In this document: piece after piece, positions 28,201-35,868 of the stretch
How the letters are laid out: every line of letters begins with the position of its first letter
How positions within the stretch are numbered: position 1 is the stretch's first letter
IMG/VR virus record: IMGVR_UViG_3300042940_002972
Location: 1 to 60,343 of that record
Source of the DNA: a virus
Lineage: Duplodnaviria > Caudoviricetes
Length of the DNA: 60,343 bases
Strand: one strand, 5' to 3'
Made by a program: the position numbers and the translations under genes
The notes under the pieces: model-generated
What the model was told of the DNA's origin: nothing
The model's input: the letters and a program-made list of their open reading frames with translations, nothing else
Database searches by the model: none

Positions 28201-28440
28201 TGCTTCATATTTTGGAATTTGAGTATTTACAAATTTTACAGGTTCAGTACCCCCAAAATAAGCTTGAAACTCATCATAGTTTGTTATGAAGATAGGTTCA
28301 AAAGCCGGACCTTTAATTGTCTCTCCTACGAGACCTAATGTTGTTACCCCCACACTCTGTGCCACGAACGATAAGTCGGTTTCAGAAGTGTAGACACCAG
28401 GTGACACATATACTTTTTGATTTACTTGTGCTGTTGCCAT
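25240..28440 (-). CDS. Tail sheath protein (gp18-like)
   Basis: VSPGVYTSETD N-terminus, PWFASAGYTRG, LYQGRINPI, WGNKTL, NVRRLL, FEQND. Confidence 0.95.
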   Translation of the reverse strand: MATAQVNQKVYVSPGVYTSETDLSFVAQSVGVTTLGLVGETIKGPAFEPIFITNYDEFQAYFGGTEPVKFVNTQIPKYEAAYIAKSYLQQSNQLFVTRVLGLSGYDAGPSWSITTIANVDPTTVDSTGTTSFTNTFTATTASVTVWGNTFPTDVSNDFTSQYILSNGSTSTYQQSLDNYIQQVLADTSLSATSSFFYGSVPDGDYNSITSVYSTTNNAFGVNNLNLAFNDLSSSDNDTWFYATFEPGANNSYTGYSWDFYIDSLQDIGSGTFTGSVSGNVYNFSGTAYPDFNNMVVATLRSRGISLYTNSNSSPNHGPIYEVTGTTDLDMICTNQYSGVTQDPFATFLLSGVTRDGNTFSFENSLLATSPQFITKVLGIGNFDKPRFETPIFVEELYSGSLEYAYNQSYIRGLNCNMIALDSARSLASDSIAWKLQRYQSPKSPYLVSELRGNKVYNLFRFISISDGDAANTEVKISIANLSFDNMTFDVLVRQFFDTDSNPIVIEKFQNCVLDPASNNFIAKKIGSYDGEYALISKYIMVEMAENAPIDAIPCGFNGFNQRIYGSTSVQAPMIFYKTKYNFPQEVVLDPPFGSAAGGANSVTSPGDVVRRTYLGMSTSYLFSIEDAFLQYLGQKNPVIDFCFATESAPWNGLTKGFHLDSGATVVTIGNEYTTSGQTAFECGVADFTSNPQNPDNPYYFIYARKFTLCMAGGFDGWDIYEERRTNEDRFALGGTGYLAGACVTARYPTATGFGTFKNITVDADSQSFANTDYYAYLLGILTFQNPESTNINVFATASIDYVYNQTLVEAAIDMIQFQRADSIYIVTTPDYNMLLPDSTDQNQVIYPQSAVDNLDNTGIDSNYTATYYPWILVRDTVNNTQIYIPPTGEVCRNLALTDNISFPWFASAGYTRGLVNSIKARVKLTQQDRDTLYQGRINPIATFADVGTVIWGNKTLQVADTALNRLNVRRLLLQARKLISAVAVRLLFEQNDQIVRQQFLDSVNPILDSIRRDRGLYDFRVTVSSSPEDLDRNTLTGKIYLKPTKALEFIDIEFFITPTGASFENI

Positions 28441-28530
28441 TATTAAATTATTCTATTGCAGATTTATTTTACTGATAAATATTCTAATAATTATGAAAAA
28501 ACTTTGATTTATAATATCTATTTGATAGTA

Positions 28531-28559
28531 GGCAGAATAAATTCTACCTTTTTTCTACC
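28531..28559. promoter_or_regulatory. Candidate operator of three 7-bp boxes at 11-bp spacing
   Basis: GGCAGAA at 28531 (inverted, one mismatch), TTCTACC at 28542 and TTCTACC at 28553, directly before the RHH ATG. Confidence 0.45.
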
Positions 28560-28721
28560 ATGAAAAAGAAGAAAGAAATAAAGAATATTAAAATAGACCC
28601 CGCAGTTCACGATTTACTTAAAACATATTGTGAAAAAAGGGGGATAAAAATTTATAAGTTTTTGGAAAACTTGATATTAGAAAAGTGTAAAGAAAAGAAA
28701 GATATATATGGAGAAAATTAA
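28560..28721 (+). CDS. Small ribbon-helix-helix (CopG/Arc-like) DNA-binding protein
   Basis: Below the ORF-track cutoff. MKKKKEIKNIKIDPAVHDLLKTYCEKRGIKIYKFLENLILEKCKEKKDIYGEN (53 aa): alternating beta strand, helix, Gly turn, helix. Confidence 0.7.
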   Translation: MKKKKEIKNIKIDPAVHDLLKTYCEKRGIKIYKFLENLILEKCKEKKDIYGEN

Positions 28722-29758
28722 AATAAATTATTCTCCAAACTTATCATAGCTTCTTTTGTATTATCAATTTTTACAACAGTGACCTGTAATGTGTCTTGAT
28801 TAGTTACCTGTATAAGAGGGACATTTGTTCCGTAAAAATTACCATTTATATAGACTTCGTAAGAACTAACATTTTCTAAATTAATAATTTTCATATCTGC
28901 AGTAAAATATATTTTGTCTGTCAGAGAAGTGTTACCTATAACAAACAAAAGCTCCGAGGGAAAAGACTGTGGTGACTTCGGCCAAACTTCTCTTCTTCTT
29001 CCAAAGTTTGTACTATCTATTTCAAAAACCTGTGCCATTCTTTGGATGGCCGGTTTAACTTCAAATTCTTCTTCATCTATCAAATATCCCATCATTATAA
29101 ATTCATATGATTGGATATAAAATTTTCTTGAATCAATATTTAGTTGTGATTCATCAGAAATATTCTGCATTATTATTGGAACATATTGACCTTTGATAAA
29201 AGTATATGCTTGTCTAGAAGCAAAAGTTTGAAGAACACCTTTATTGAGTTGGTTTAACTCCCTCATTCTGTTACAAATTATTTTTACAGAATATGTGACA
29301 TCAACGGGGACAGGTTGTGGAATCGTATATATATCCATACCTTGCATGTTTCCATCCCATGTAGGTACCGAAGCATAATAAAATTGTTTTCTGTTTGGTA
29401 TGTTCCATCTAAGTGCTGGATTTGTACCGTATTTTACTTCGGGTGTTCTAACGACAGTAATAAAAGGTGGCTCAGGATTATTGTCCAAATCTACAAACTT
29501 CCATGTTTCAACGTATTGAGACCAATTCTGTGTGGTCAATATAATATCTAATACAGGTATAGTTTTTCCTGCGGTAACTACTTTGAGTTCATTTTTAACA
29601 AAATCCAACATACCCCTATCTAAGTCAGCATGTAAAACAGACTTAGGTAAATAAGTTCCATCCTTGTTTATATATTCCAAAAGTTCTTCCCTTCTTGAAT
29701 ATAAAGTTTTTTTGGGAACTAACGGCAGTGTTGGTTTTACTTGTTTGGGTAGCGGCAT
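28718..29758 (-). CDS. Tail completion / sheath terminator-like protein (gp15-like)
   Basis: PVPVDVTYSVKI...ELNQL resembles gp15-family proteins; upstream of the sheath gene. Confidence 0.55.
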   Translation of the reverse strand: MPLPKQVKPTLPLVPKKTLYSRREELLEYINKDGTYLPKSVLHADLDRGMLDFVKNELKVVTAGKTIPVLDIILTTQNWSQYVETWKFVDLDNNPEPPFITVVRTPEVKYGTNPALRWNIPNRKQFYYASVPTWDGNMQGMDIYTIPQPVPVDVTYSVKIICNRMRELNQLNKGVLQTFASRQAYTFIKGQYVPIIMQNISDESQLNIDSRKFYIQSYEFIMMGYLIDEEEFEVKPAIQRMAQVFEIDSTNFGRRREVWPKSPQSFPSELLFVIGNTSLTDKIYFTADMKIINLENVSSYEVYINGNFYGTNVPLIQVTNQDTLQVTVVKIDNTKEAMISLENNLF

Positions 29759-29759
29759 A

Positions 29760-30170
29760 TTACTGAGTTATGTAAATTTTATTTCTCATGTTCACCATTT
29801 CAACTTCCTCAGCAAAATATATTGGCTTGTTTGTACCTTTTAAAACAAACGTATCATTCACATATGGATTGTAAGTTACAATTAAATCACTATATGGTTC
29901 TTCAATTCTATCACATGGAAATTCACAAAAATCTAAAAGAGTTCCTATAACAAAAGCATGAACATTTTTTCTTTTTTCATCTCTGACTCTTTCTTTACCG
30001 CCAGGTCTAACTCGGAACTCAACGTCTTTAAGTTTCACATAATCAGCATGCATAATAACTTTTCCCAAATATGAAATCGAAAATGTTTCTCTGTTTAAGT
30101 TATAGTAAACCATAACTCGTTGTCCCATAAATAATGAGTCAAACTGTGACTCTGTAATTATCAATTTCAT
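29760..30170 (-). CDS. Conserved phage hypothetical protein
   Basis: VYYNL...RVRDEKRKNVHAFVIG pattern recalled from other phage proteins; MKLIITESQ leader. Confidence 0.7.
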   Translation of the reverse strand: MKLIITESQFDSLFMGQRVMVYYNLNRETFSISYLGKVIMHADYVKLKDVEFRVRPGGKERVRDEKRKNVHAFVIGTLLDFCEFPCDRIEEPYSDLIVTYNPYVNDTFVLKGTNKPIYFAEEVEMVNMRNKIYITQ

Positions 30171-30682
30171 TATATTCCTCTAAATTCATTTTCACTAACC
30201 CAAGTCGCCTCTATAGTTCTATAGAAGGGCTTATAGCCAGCGTACGTATGTTTATTATCAGATTTTACTCTTCCATCGTTTATGACCGTATAATATCTTA
30301 CTCGGTCCTCTGTTTCATAATAACCAAAATAATCTCCCATATTTACCTCAACCTGTAAATCATCTAACGTTTTTTGATAAATGGAGAATTTCATACTTCC
30401 CGGCTCTTGTTGTTTGACTCTTGAAGTTCCTAATAATTTATTTGTTGGAGCTAATATTTGTACCAACCCTTTCAATTCTACAGGAGCCATAAACTGAATA
30501 CCATCCTCCAAAACCTCCCCATAGACATCATCAGTTTTAGTTTTATATCTATCAATTCTGTATAACACAACAGTAAAATTCATATCACCAATCAACCACT
30601 CTTCACCCATGTCAATATCTAAAGCAAAATCCTCCCCACCGAAAAATTTACCTAACCTTGTTATAGGAACCAACTTTTGCAT
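30170..30682 (-). CDS. Putative head closure / neck protein (gp14-like)
   Basis: Size, DDVYGE motif and beta-rich pattern; position among neck and tail genes; TATTTAT upstream. Confidence 0.55.
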   Translation of the reverse strand: MQKLVPITRLGKFFGGEDFALDIDMGEEWLIGDMNFTVVLYRIDRYKTKTDDVYGEVLEDGIQFMAPVELKGLVQILAPTNKLLGTSRVKQQEPGSMKFSIYQKTLDDLQVEVNMGDYFGYYETEDRVRYYTVINDGRVKSDNKHTYAGYKPFYRTIEATWVSENEFRGI

Positions 30683-30738
30683 ATATTGATAAATAGTTTG
30701 AGTTTTATTATATTACAAGTAAAAAATTTTCAGAACCA

Positions 30739-31104
30739 ATGGAAATACGTCCACCAAGTAAAATATATCTCAAAGACAGCCCGTTACACGGATTAGGTGT
30801 TTTTTGTTCGGAAGAGATTCAGTATGATGAAATTATAGATACCTGTCCCTTTCTACTATTTCCTCATAGAAGACAAGAAAAATTACCCTTTTTTCAAAAT
30901 TATGCTTTTTGTTGGCCTAAATCAGAAAATTGGATAAACCATGTTTTAGTTTTAGGATACGGTTCATATTACAATCACAATGAGGTTCCAAACGTAAGTT
31001 GGGATTCTGACACAGATAGAAATGTTTTTGTTTTTAAATCTTTGAGAAAAATTAAAGTTGGTGAAGAACTTTTTATAGATTATGGAAATGGTGTTAAATT
31101 TTAA
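30739..31104 (+). CDS. SET-domain lysine methyltransferase
   Basis: SPLHGLGVF, YYNHNEVPN and IKVGEELFIDYG SET signatures. Confidence 0.9.
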   Translation: MEIRPPSKIYLKDSPLHGLGVFCSEEIQYDEIIDTCPFLLFPHRRQEKLPFFQNYAFCWPKSENWINHVLVLGYGSYYNHNEVPNVSWDSDTDRNVFVFKSLRKIKVGEELFIDYGNGVKF

Positions 31105-31115
31105 TTGAATTTATA

Positions 31116-32864
31116 TTGTCGAACACTTTAGAATCAAAAGCAATTTCATTATTAGAAACCTACGATGGGGCTAATAATTATATCTTAGAACTCAAAAGGA
31201 AATCTGAGATAAATAAAAAGTTTTACCCAACAAGAAGTCAGGCCGAGTACATTATAAATAACTTTGACAAACAACCCAAAGTTGCCAAAAAATGGGTTAT
31301 ACTTGATGCTTATTTCGCACAAAAATTTGCGGATGATAGGTTACTTCATCAAATTCCGGAAAAAATTTGGGTGGAAAAATTATTAGCAGAAAAAGAAAAA
31401 GCTTATCACATATGGGGTAGATTTTTTGAGACAGACCAATTGAATGAATTTTGGATTCCTAAAGCAGCAATGATTAAAGACAACACGGTTAAAGATGTTG
31501 TTTTAGATTTCGAAAAATATTCTAATAGACCGCCTTTATCTCATCAGAAAGAAGCAATTCAAAAATTAGTTGAGAACAAAAAATATATTTTAGCTGACGA
31601 TATGGGTTTGGGTAAAACCACCTCAACCATAATTGCATCTTTGGAATGCGGGGCAAAAAAAGTATTGATAATATGTCCAGCAACTCTAAAAATAAATTGG
31701 AAACGTGAAATAGAAAATTATTCAAAAAAATCTATCTATATCGCAGAAGGTAAAAACTTTGACCCTAATTACGATTTTGTAATAATAAACTACGACATAA
31801 TAAAAAATTTCCATGACACTAAAAGAAAAGATGAATCGCAAATTATTAGCGCCAATTTTGATTTGGTTATTGTTGATGAAGCACACTATATCAAGAATGC
31901 TCAAGCACAAAGAACCAAACTAATAAATGATATTGTTAAAAAAGTTGATAGAATTTGGTTGTTGACAGGAACACCTATGACCTCGAGACCCATAGATTAT
32001 TATAATCTTTTGAGTTTGGTTGATTCACCTGTTGCAAAAAATTGGATGGCTTACGTAATAAGATATTGTAGTGGATATCAATTTAGGGTCGGCCCAAGAA
32101 AGGTTTGGAATGTCATGGGTGCTTCAAATTTGGAGGAGCTTAGAGACAGAACCTCAAACCTAACATTGAGGCGATTGAAGGAAGACGTACTTGATTTACC
32201 TGACAAAATCATTACTCCAATTTATCTGAGATTAAAATCCAAGGAATATGAAGAAGTAATGGGTGAATATTATAATTGGTACGAGAAAAATCCTGAAGAA
32301 TCTAAATCACTTACAGTTCAATTTACTAAGCTCACCAAAGTCAGACAAATAATTGCAGACGAAAAAATAACACAAACAATAGAGCTAGCGGAAAACATAA
32401 TTGAACAAGATAAAAAGGTTATAATTTTTTGTAATTTTACAAACTCTTTAAATAAAATTTTAGAACATTTCGGAAAAACTGCTGTCAAACTTGATGGTTC
32501 TATGTCCAAAACTGAGAGACAATTTTCAGTAGACCAATTCCAAGAAAATGAAAAAATAAAAGTTTTTGTGGGAAATATAAAAGCCGCGGGAGTTGGAATT
32601 ACCCTTACCTCAGCTGAGGCTGTAATAATGAATGATTTATCTTTTTTACCTTCGGACCATTCACAGGCTGAGGATAGAGCATATAGATATGGTCAAAAAA
32701 GTAATGTGTTAGTTTACTATCCCATCTTTGAAAACACTATCGAAGGAATTATATATGATATATTGAATAAAAAAAAACAAGTTATCTCTACCGTATTGGG
32801 TGATAATAACAACTCCGCAGACTATGTTGAAGAAATTCTCCAAAGAATCAACGAAATGAGATAA
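31116..32864 (+). CDS. SNF2-family helicase/translocase (SMARCAL1/HARP-like)
   Basis: LADDMGLGKT, DEAH, LTGTP, GVGITLT, QAEDRAYRYGQ; TTG start. Confidence 0.92.
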   Translation: MSNTLESKAISLLETYDGANNYILELKRKSEINKKFYPTRSQAEYIINNFDKQPKVAKKWVILDAYFAQKFADDRLLHQIPEKIWVEKLLAEKEKAYHIWGRFFETDQLNEFWIPKAAMIKDNTVKDVVLDFEKYSNRPPLSHQKEAIQKLVENKKYILADDMGLGKTTSTIIASLECGAKKVLIICPATLKINWKREIENYSKKSIYIAEGKNFDPNYDFVIINYDIIKNFHDTKRKDESQIISANFDLVIVDEAHYIKNAQAQRTKLINDIVKKVDRIWLLTGTPMTSRPIDYYNLLSLVDSPVAKNWMAYVIRYCSGYQFRVGPRKVWNVMGASNLEELRDRTSNLTLRRLKEDVLDLPDKIITPIYLRLKSKEYEEVMGEYYNWYEKNPEESKSLTVQFTKLTKVRQIIADEKITQTIELAENIIEQDKKVIIFCNFTNSLNKILEHFGKTAVKLDGSMSKTERQFSVDQFQENEKIKVFVGNIKAAGVGITLTSAEAVIMNDLSFLPSDHSQAEDRAYRYGQKSNVLVYYPIFENTIEGIIYDILNKKKQVISTVLGDNNNSADYVEEILQRINEMR

Positions 32865-32889
32865 TCTCATTATTTATAGAAAAAACTCT

Positions 32890-34383
32890 ATGAATGTAAA
32901 GAACGAAAACAAATCCGAATCACAAAGAGAAATATTGATTGAGGAAATGAAAAAAATCGGAATTGAAAAATTACCATACTCCTACTCAGCTCTGAAACCC
33001 TTTATTGATGCCGAAACTATGGATTTCCATTATAATAAACATTATAAGGGATATGTAGACAAATTAAATCAGGCTTTATCGAAAAAGAAAATGGGGGATT
33101 GGGATTTAGAAAAAATTATAAAAAATATTAGTAGATACGACAAAACAGTCAGAAACAACGCAGGTGGGGCATTTAACCACGCACTTTTTTGGAACATGTT
33201 GACACCCACACCCGTTAGATTAAAGGGCGAACTACAAAAGAAAATTTTTTCTGAATTTAAAACATTTACAAATTTTAAGAAAAAATTTGAACTTATTGCC
33301 AAAGAAAGATTTGGTTCAGGATGGGTTTGGTTGGTTCTAACAAAGAACAATAAACTCAAGATAATGTCAACCCCTAATCAGGACAACCCTCTAATGAACA
33401 TTATTGAAGGTGGTGGTTTTCCTTTATTAGGTCTTGACCTTTGGGAACACGCATATTATTTGAAATATAAAAATAAACGCGATGAATACATTTCTAATTT
33501 TTGGAAAGTAGTGAATTGGGATTTTGTTAGTAAATTGTTTGAATTGAAAACACAAACAAAGTTATTAGAAAATAAAATATCCAAACAAATAATGACAGAA
33601 GGTAAATCTTATATTGTGGATTGTTCAACAGAGGACGAAAAATTTTTTCAAAATTTGATGAAAGACAATGAAATAAGTAAATTATATGGAATGGGAATCT
33701 ATGCCGCCCTTAAACAAGTAGATTGGTTAGAATTTAAACCTAAAGACCCTGAAAAAAATATAATGCAAGGATTTTACAAAAATGGAGAAAGGCACAACAT
33801 CAGTTATTTAGCAGGTAACTACAGAGCTTTTTGTCTAATTACCAAAAGTGTAAACAGATTACTCAAAGATAATAATCGTGATATATTACATTTTCAAAAC
33901 AGAACACCAAAAGAACAAGTGCTCGCAGTAAAAAAACTCACATCAATTTTAAAAAAATACTCCAGTAAAATATTTGTTGAGGATTCCCCTTTCTTTCAAA
34001 AGATTATGTCAAACTTGAGTAATAGTAAGACAAAAGGGGACAAGGTAGAAAATCAAACGAAAAAAAGATTGGAGAATGAATTCGGATTAGAAAATGTAGA
34101 TATTCAAAGTGAGTTTGGTTCCGAAAGTGATAATCAAGGGACAGACGGTCAAATTTTCAAAAATGAAAAAATAAATACTTTTCAAATCAAGCCATTAACA
34201 AATTACAAAATAGTTGATGATTTAGTTTACGTAGAAACCACCGGTAAAATTTTACCTTATGAACAAGATTGGATGATTTTCACCAATAAATTCGAAACAA
34301 TAATTTTAGAAAATAATGCCACAACGTTTGGTAGTAACGCTTACATATTCCCTGTCAGTAGTTTGATTTATACCTTAGTATGA
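32890..34383 (+). CDS. Fe/Mn superoxide dismutase fused to a ~280-aa C-terminal region
   Basis: LPYSYSALKP, HYNKH, GGAFNHALFW, FGSGWVWL, NQD, DLWEHAYY; all four metal ligands are present. Confidence 0.9.
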   Translation: MNVKNENKSESQREILIEEMKKIGIEKLPYSYSALKPFIDAETMDFHYNKHYKGYVDKLNQALSKKKMGDWDLEKIIKNISRYDKTVRNNAGGAFNHALFWNMLTPTPVRLKGELQKKIFSEFKTFTNFKKKFELIAKERFGSGWVWLVLTKNNKLKIMSTPNQDNPLMNIIEGGGFPLLGLDLWEHAYYLKYKNKRDEYISNFWKVVNWDFVSKLFELKTQTKLLENKISKQIMTEGKSYIVDCSTEDEKFFQNLMKDNEISKLYGMGIYAALKQVDWLEFKPKDPEKNIMQGFYKNGERHNISYLAGNYRAFCLITKSVNRLLKDNNRDILHFQNRTPKEQVLAVKKLTSILKKYSSKIFVEDSPFFQKIMSNLSNSKTKGDKVENQTKKRLENEFGLENVDIQSEFGSESDNQGTDGQIFKNEKINTFQIKPLTNYKIVDDLVYVETTGKILPYEQDWMIFTNKFETIILENNATTFGSNAYIFPVSSLIYTLV

Positions 34384-34405
34384 TATTTATAAAATAAACT
34401 TGTCT

Positions 34406-35533
34406 ATGGCAGTAATCCCTGAACCAGAAAGAAGTAGAATATATACAAGAATTAAACATCAATTAGGAGCACCTTTAAGAAGTGTTGAATTGACGGATGA
34501 AATGTTGGATTCTTTGATGGAACTATCTATTGGAGATTATGAAGAATATGTTTTACAATGGCTAATTGATAGTCAATGGGTAAACTTAGTCAATTTAAAC
34601 ATGAATGAAAAATCTGTGGCAAGAGCATTGGTAACAAGAACCATGGATTTTGAACAACAATTCGCGTACTCATATTCAAAAATTGTTGGTTTACAAACAA
34701 TGGGGCCTTGGGTTTTAAAGAAAGACTATTTCGTTTTAGAAAGAAACAAACAAAATTATGAAATTCCTGCAGGTAGAGAGGTAAATGAATTATTATGGTT
34801 TTCCAATCAACCGTGGACCGCTTTTGGATTAGGTGGTATTGGTGGATTTGGTTTTGGGGGTATCGGTTTAGGTGCTAACGAAGCTGGTTACGCTCAATTA
34901 GGTTATCAAGGTTCTTATTTTATGATGAGTGGTTTTGATTACTTGATTAGGATGCAAGAAGCAAATATTCTAAACAGAATATTGGGCGGTTCTCTGACAT
35001 ATAGAATTACAGGATTACCGGACGGTAAGAAAAATATATTTTTATACAACACTCCTGGAGGTCGTTTTAATTGGAGTAATTACAGTTTATATGAGGGTAA
35101 GGCCGTATGGTATTGGTACTACGACGTAGGTCCTGATGATAGAGCCGATTGTCTCAAAGCAAACCCTGACATAATTAAACTACCTACTGACGTACCAATT
35201 TCTGAATTGAGTTGGGAAGAGTTGAATGTTCCGGGTCAACAATGGGTGAGAAGATGGTTCACAGCTTATGCAAAAGAGACTTTATCAAGGGTCAGAGGAA
35301 AGTATAGTGGAAATCTAAAGACACCTGATTCTGAGTTGATTATGGATTATCAAATACTTCAAACAGAAGCTAAAGATGAAAAATCTAAACTATTGGAAGA
35401 GTTGATTGGTGCTGAAGGATGGCTCACAAGACTAAGACCTGAAAAAGTTATGGAAAGAGAAGCTCAAATAGCAGAAAATTTGAATAAACAAATGAAATTC
35501 AGGGCAATGCCTCGACAAATATACGTAATATAA
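34406..35533 (+). CDS. Neck / head-tail adaptor protein (gp13-like)
   Basis: QLGAPLRSVELTDEML N-terminal signature; RVRGKYSG near the C-terminus; ATG at 34406; TATTTAT at 34384. Confidence 0.75.
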   Translation: MAVIPEPERSRIYTRIKHQLGAPLRSVELTDEMLDSLMELSIGDYEEYVLQWLIDSQWVNLVNLNMNEKSVARALVTRTMDFEQQFAYSYSKIVGLQTMGPWVLKKDYFVLERNKQNYEIPAGREVNELLWFSNQPWTAFGLGGIGGFGFGGIGLGANEAGYAQLGYQGSYFMMSGFDYLIRMQEANILNRILGGSLTYRITGLPDGKKNIFLYNTPGGRFNWSNYSLYEGKAVWYWYYDVGPDDRADCLKANPDIIKLPTDVPISELSWEELNVPGQQWVRRWFTAYAKETLSRVRGKYSGNLKTPDSELIMDYQILQTEAKDEKSKLLEELIGAEGWLTRLRPEKVMEREAQIAENLNKQMKFRAMPRQIYVI

Positions 35534-35868
35534 TGGCAATCGTAAAAAATATACCATCAAAGAGAATTATAAACGGGTTTGCAATAGAAACTTCAGATAG
35601 TTCTGTTGTGACTGAAAAAGATTATAAAGTAACTGGAGAAGCGGTAATTGTCGTAAGAGGAGTGCCTAATGCAACTCTAACTTTGGACTCTATGACATCA
35701 GACCACGTTGTTGTTAAATCTATGACAAACTTGAAAGTAAAACCCGACATCAATAAGATTGATGAAGAATATGATGAAGTTGATTTGGACAAATTTGCCT
35801 GTGTAGAATTTAAATTTATAAGGGACACCTGGTATATACTTTCTTCAGACGGACTCAAGAACTCCTAA
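35533..35868 (+). CDS. Hypothetical protein (beta-rich, possibly structural)
   Basis: 111-aa ORF coupled to the neck gene (TAATG overlap). Confidence 0.7.
   Translation: MAIVKNIPSKRIINGFAIETSDSSVVTEKDYKVTGEAVIVVRGVPNATLTLDSMTSDHVVVKSMTNLKVKPDINKIDEEYDEVDLDKFACVEFKFIRDTWYILSSDGLKNS

Noticed and set aside
15735-28440. Bacterial contractile injection system or tailocin rather than a phage
   Set aside because: The tail genes sit with neck proteins and a full T4-like replication set, and no host housekeeping genes are present.
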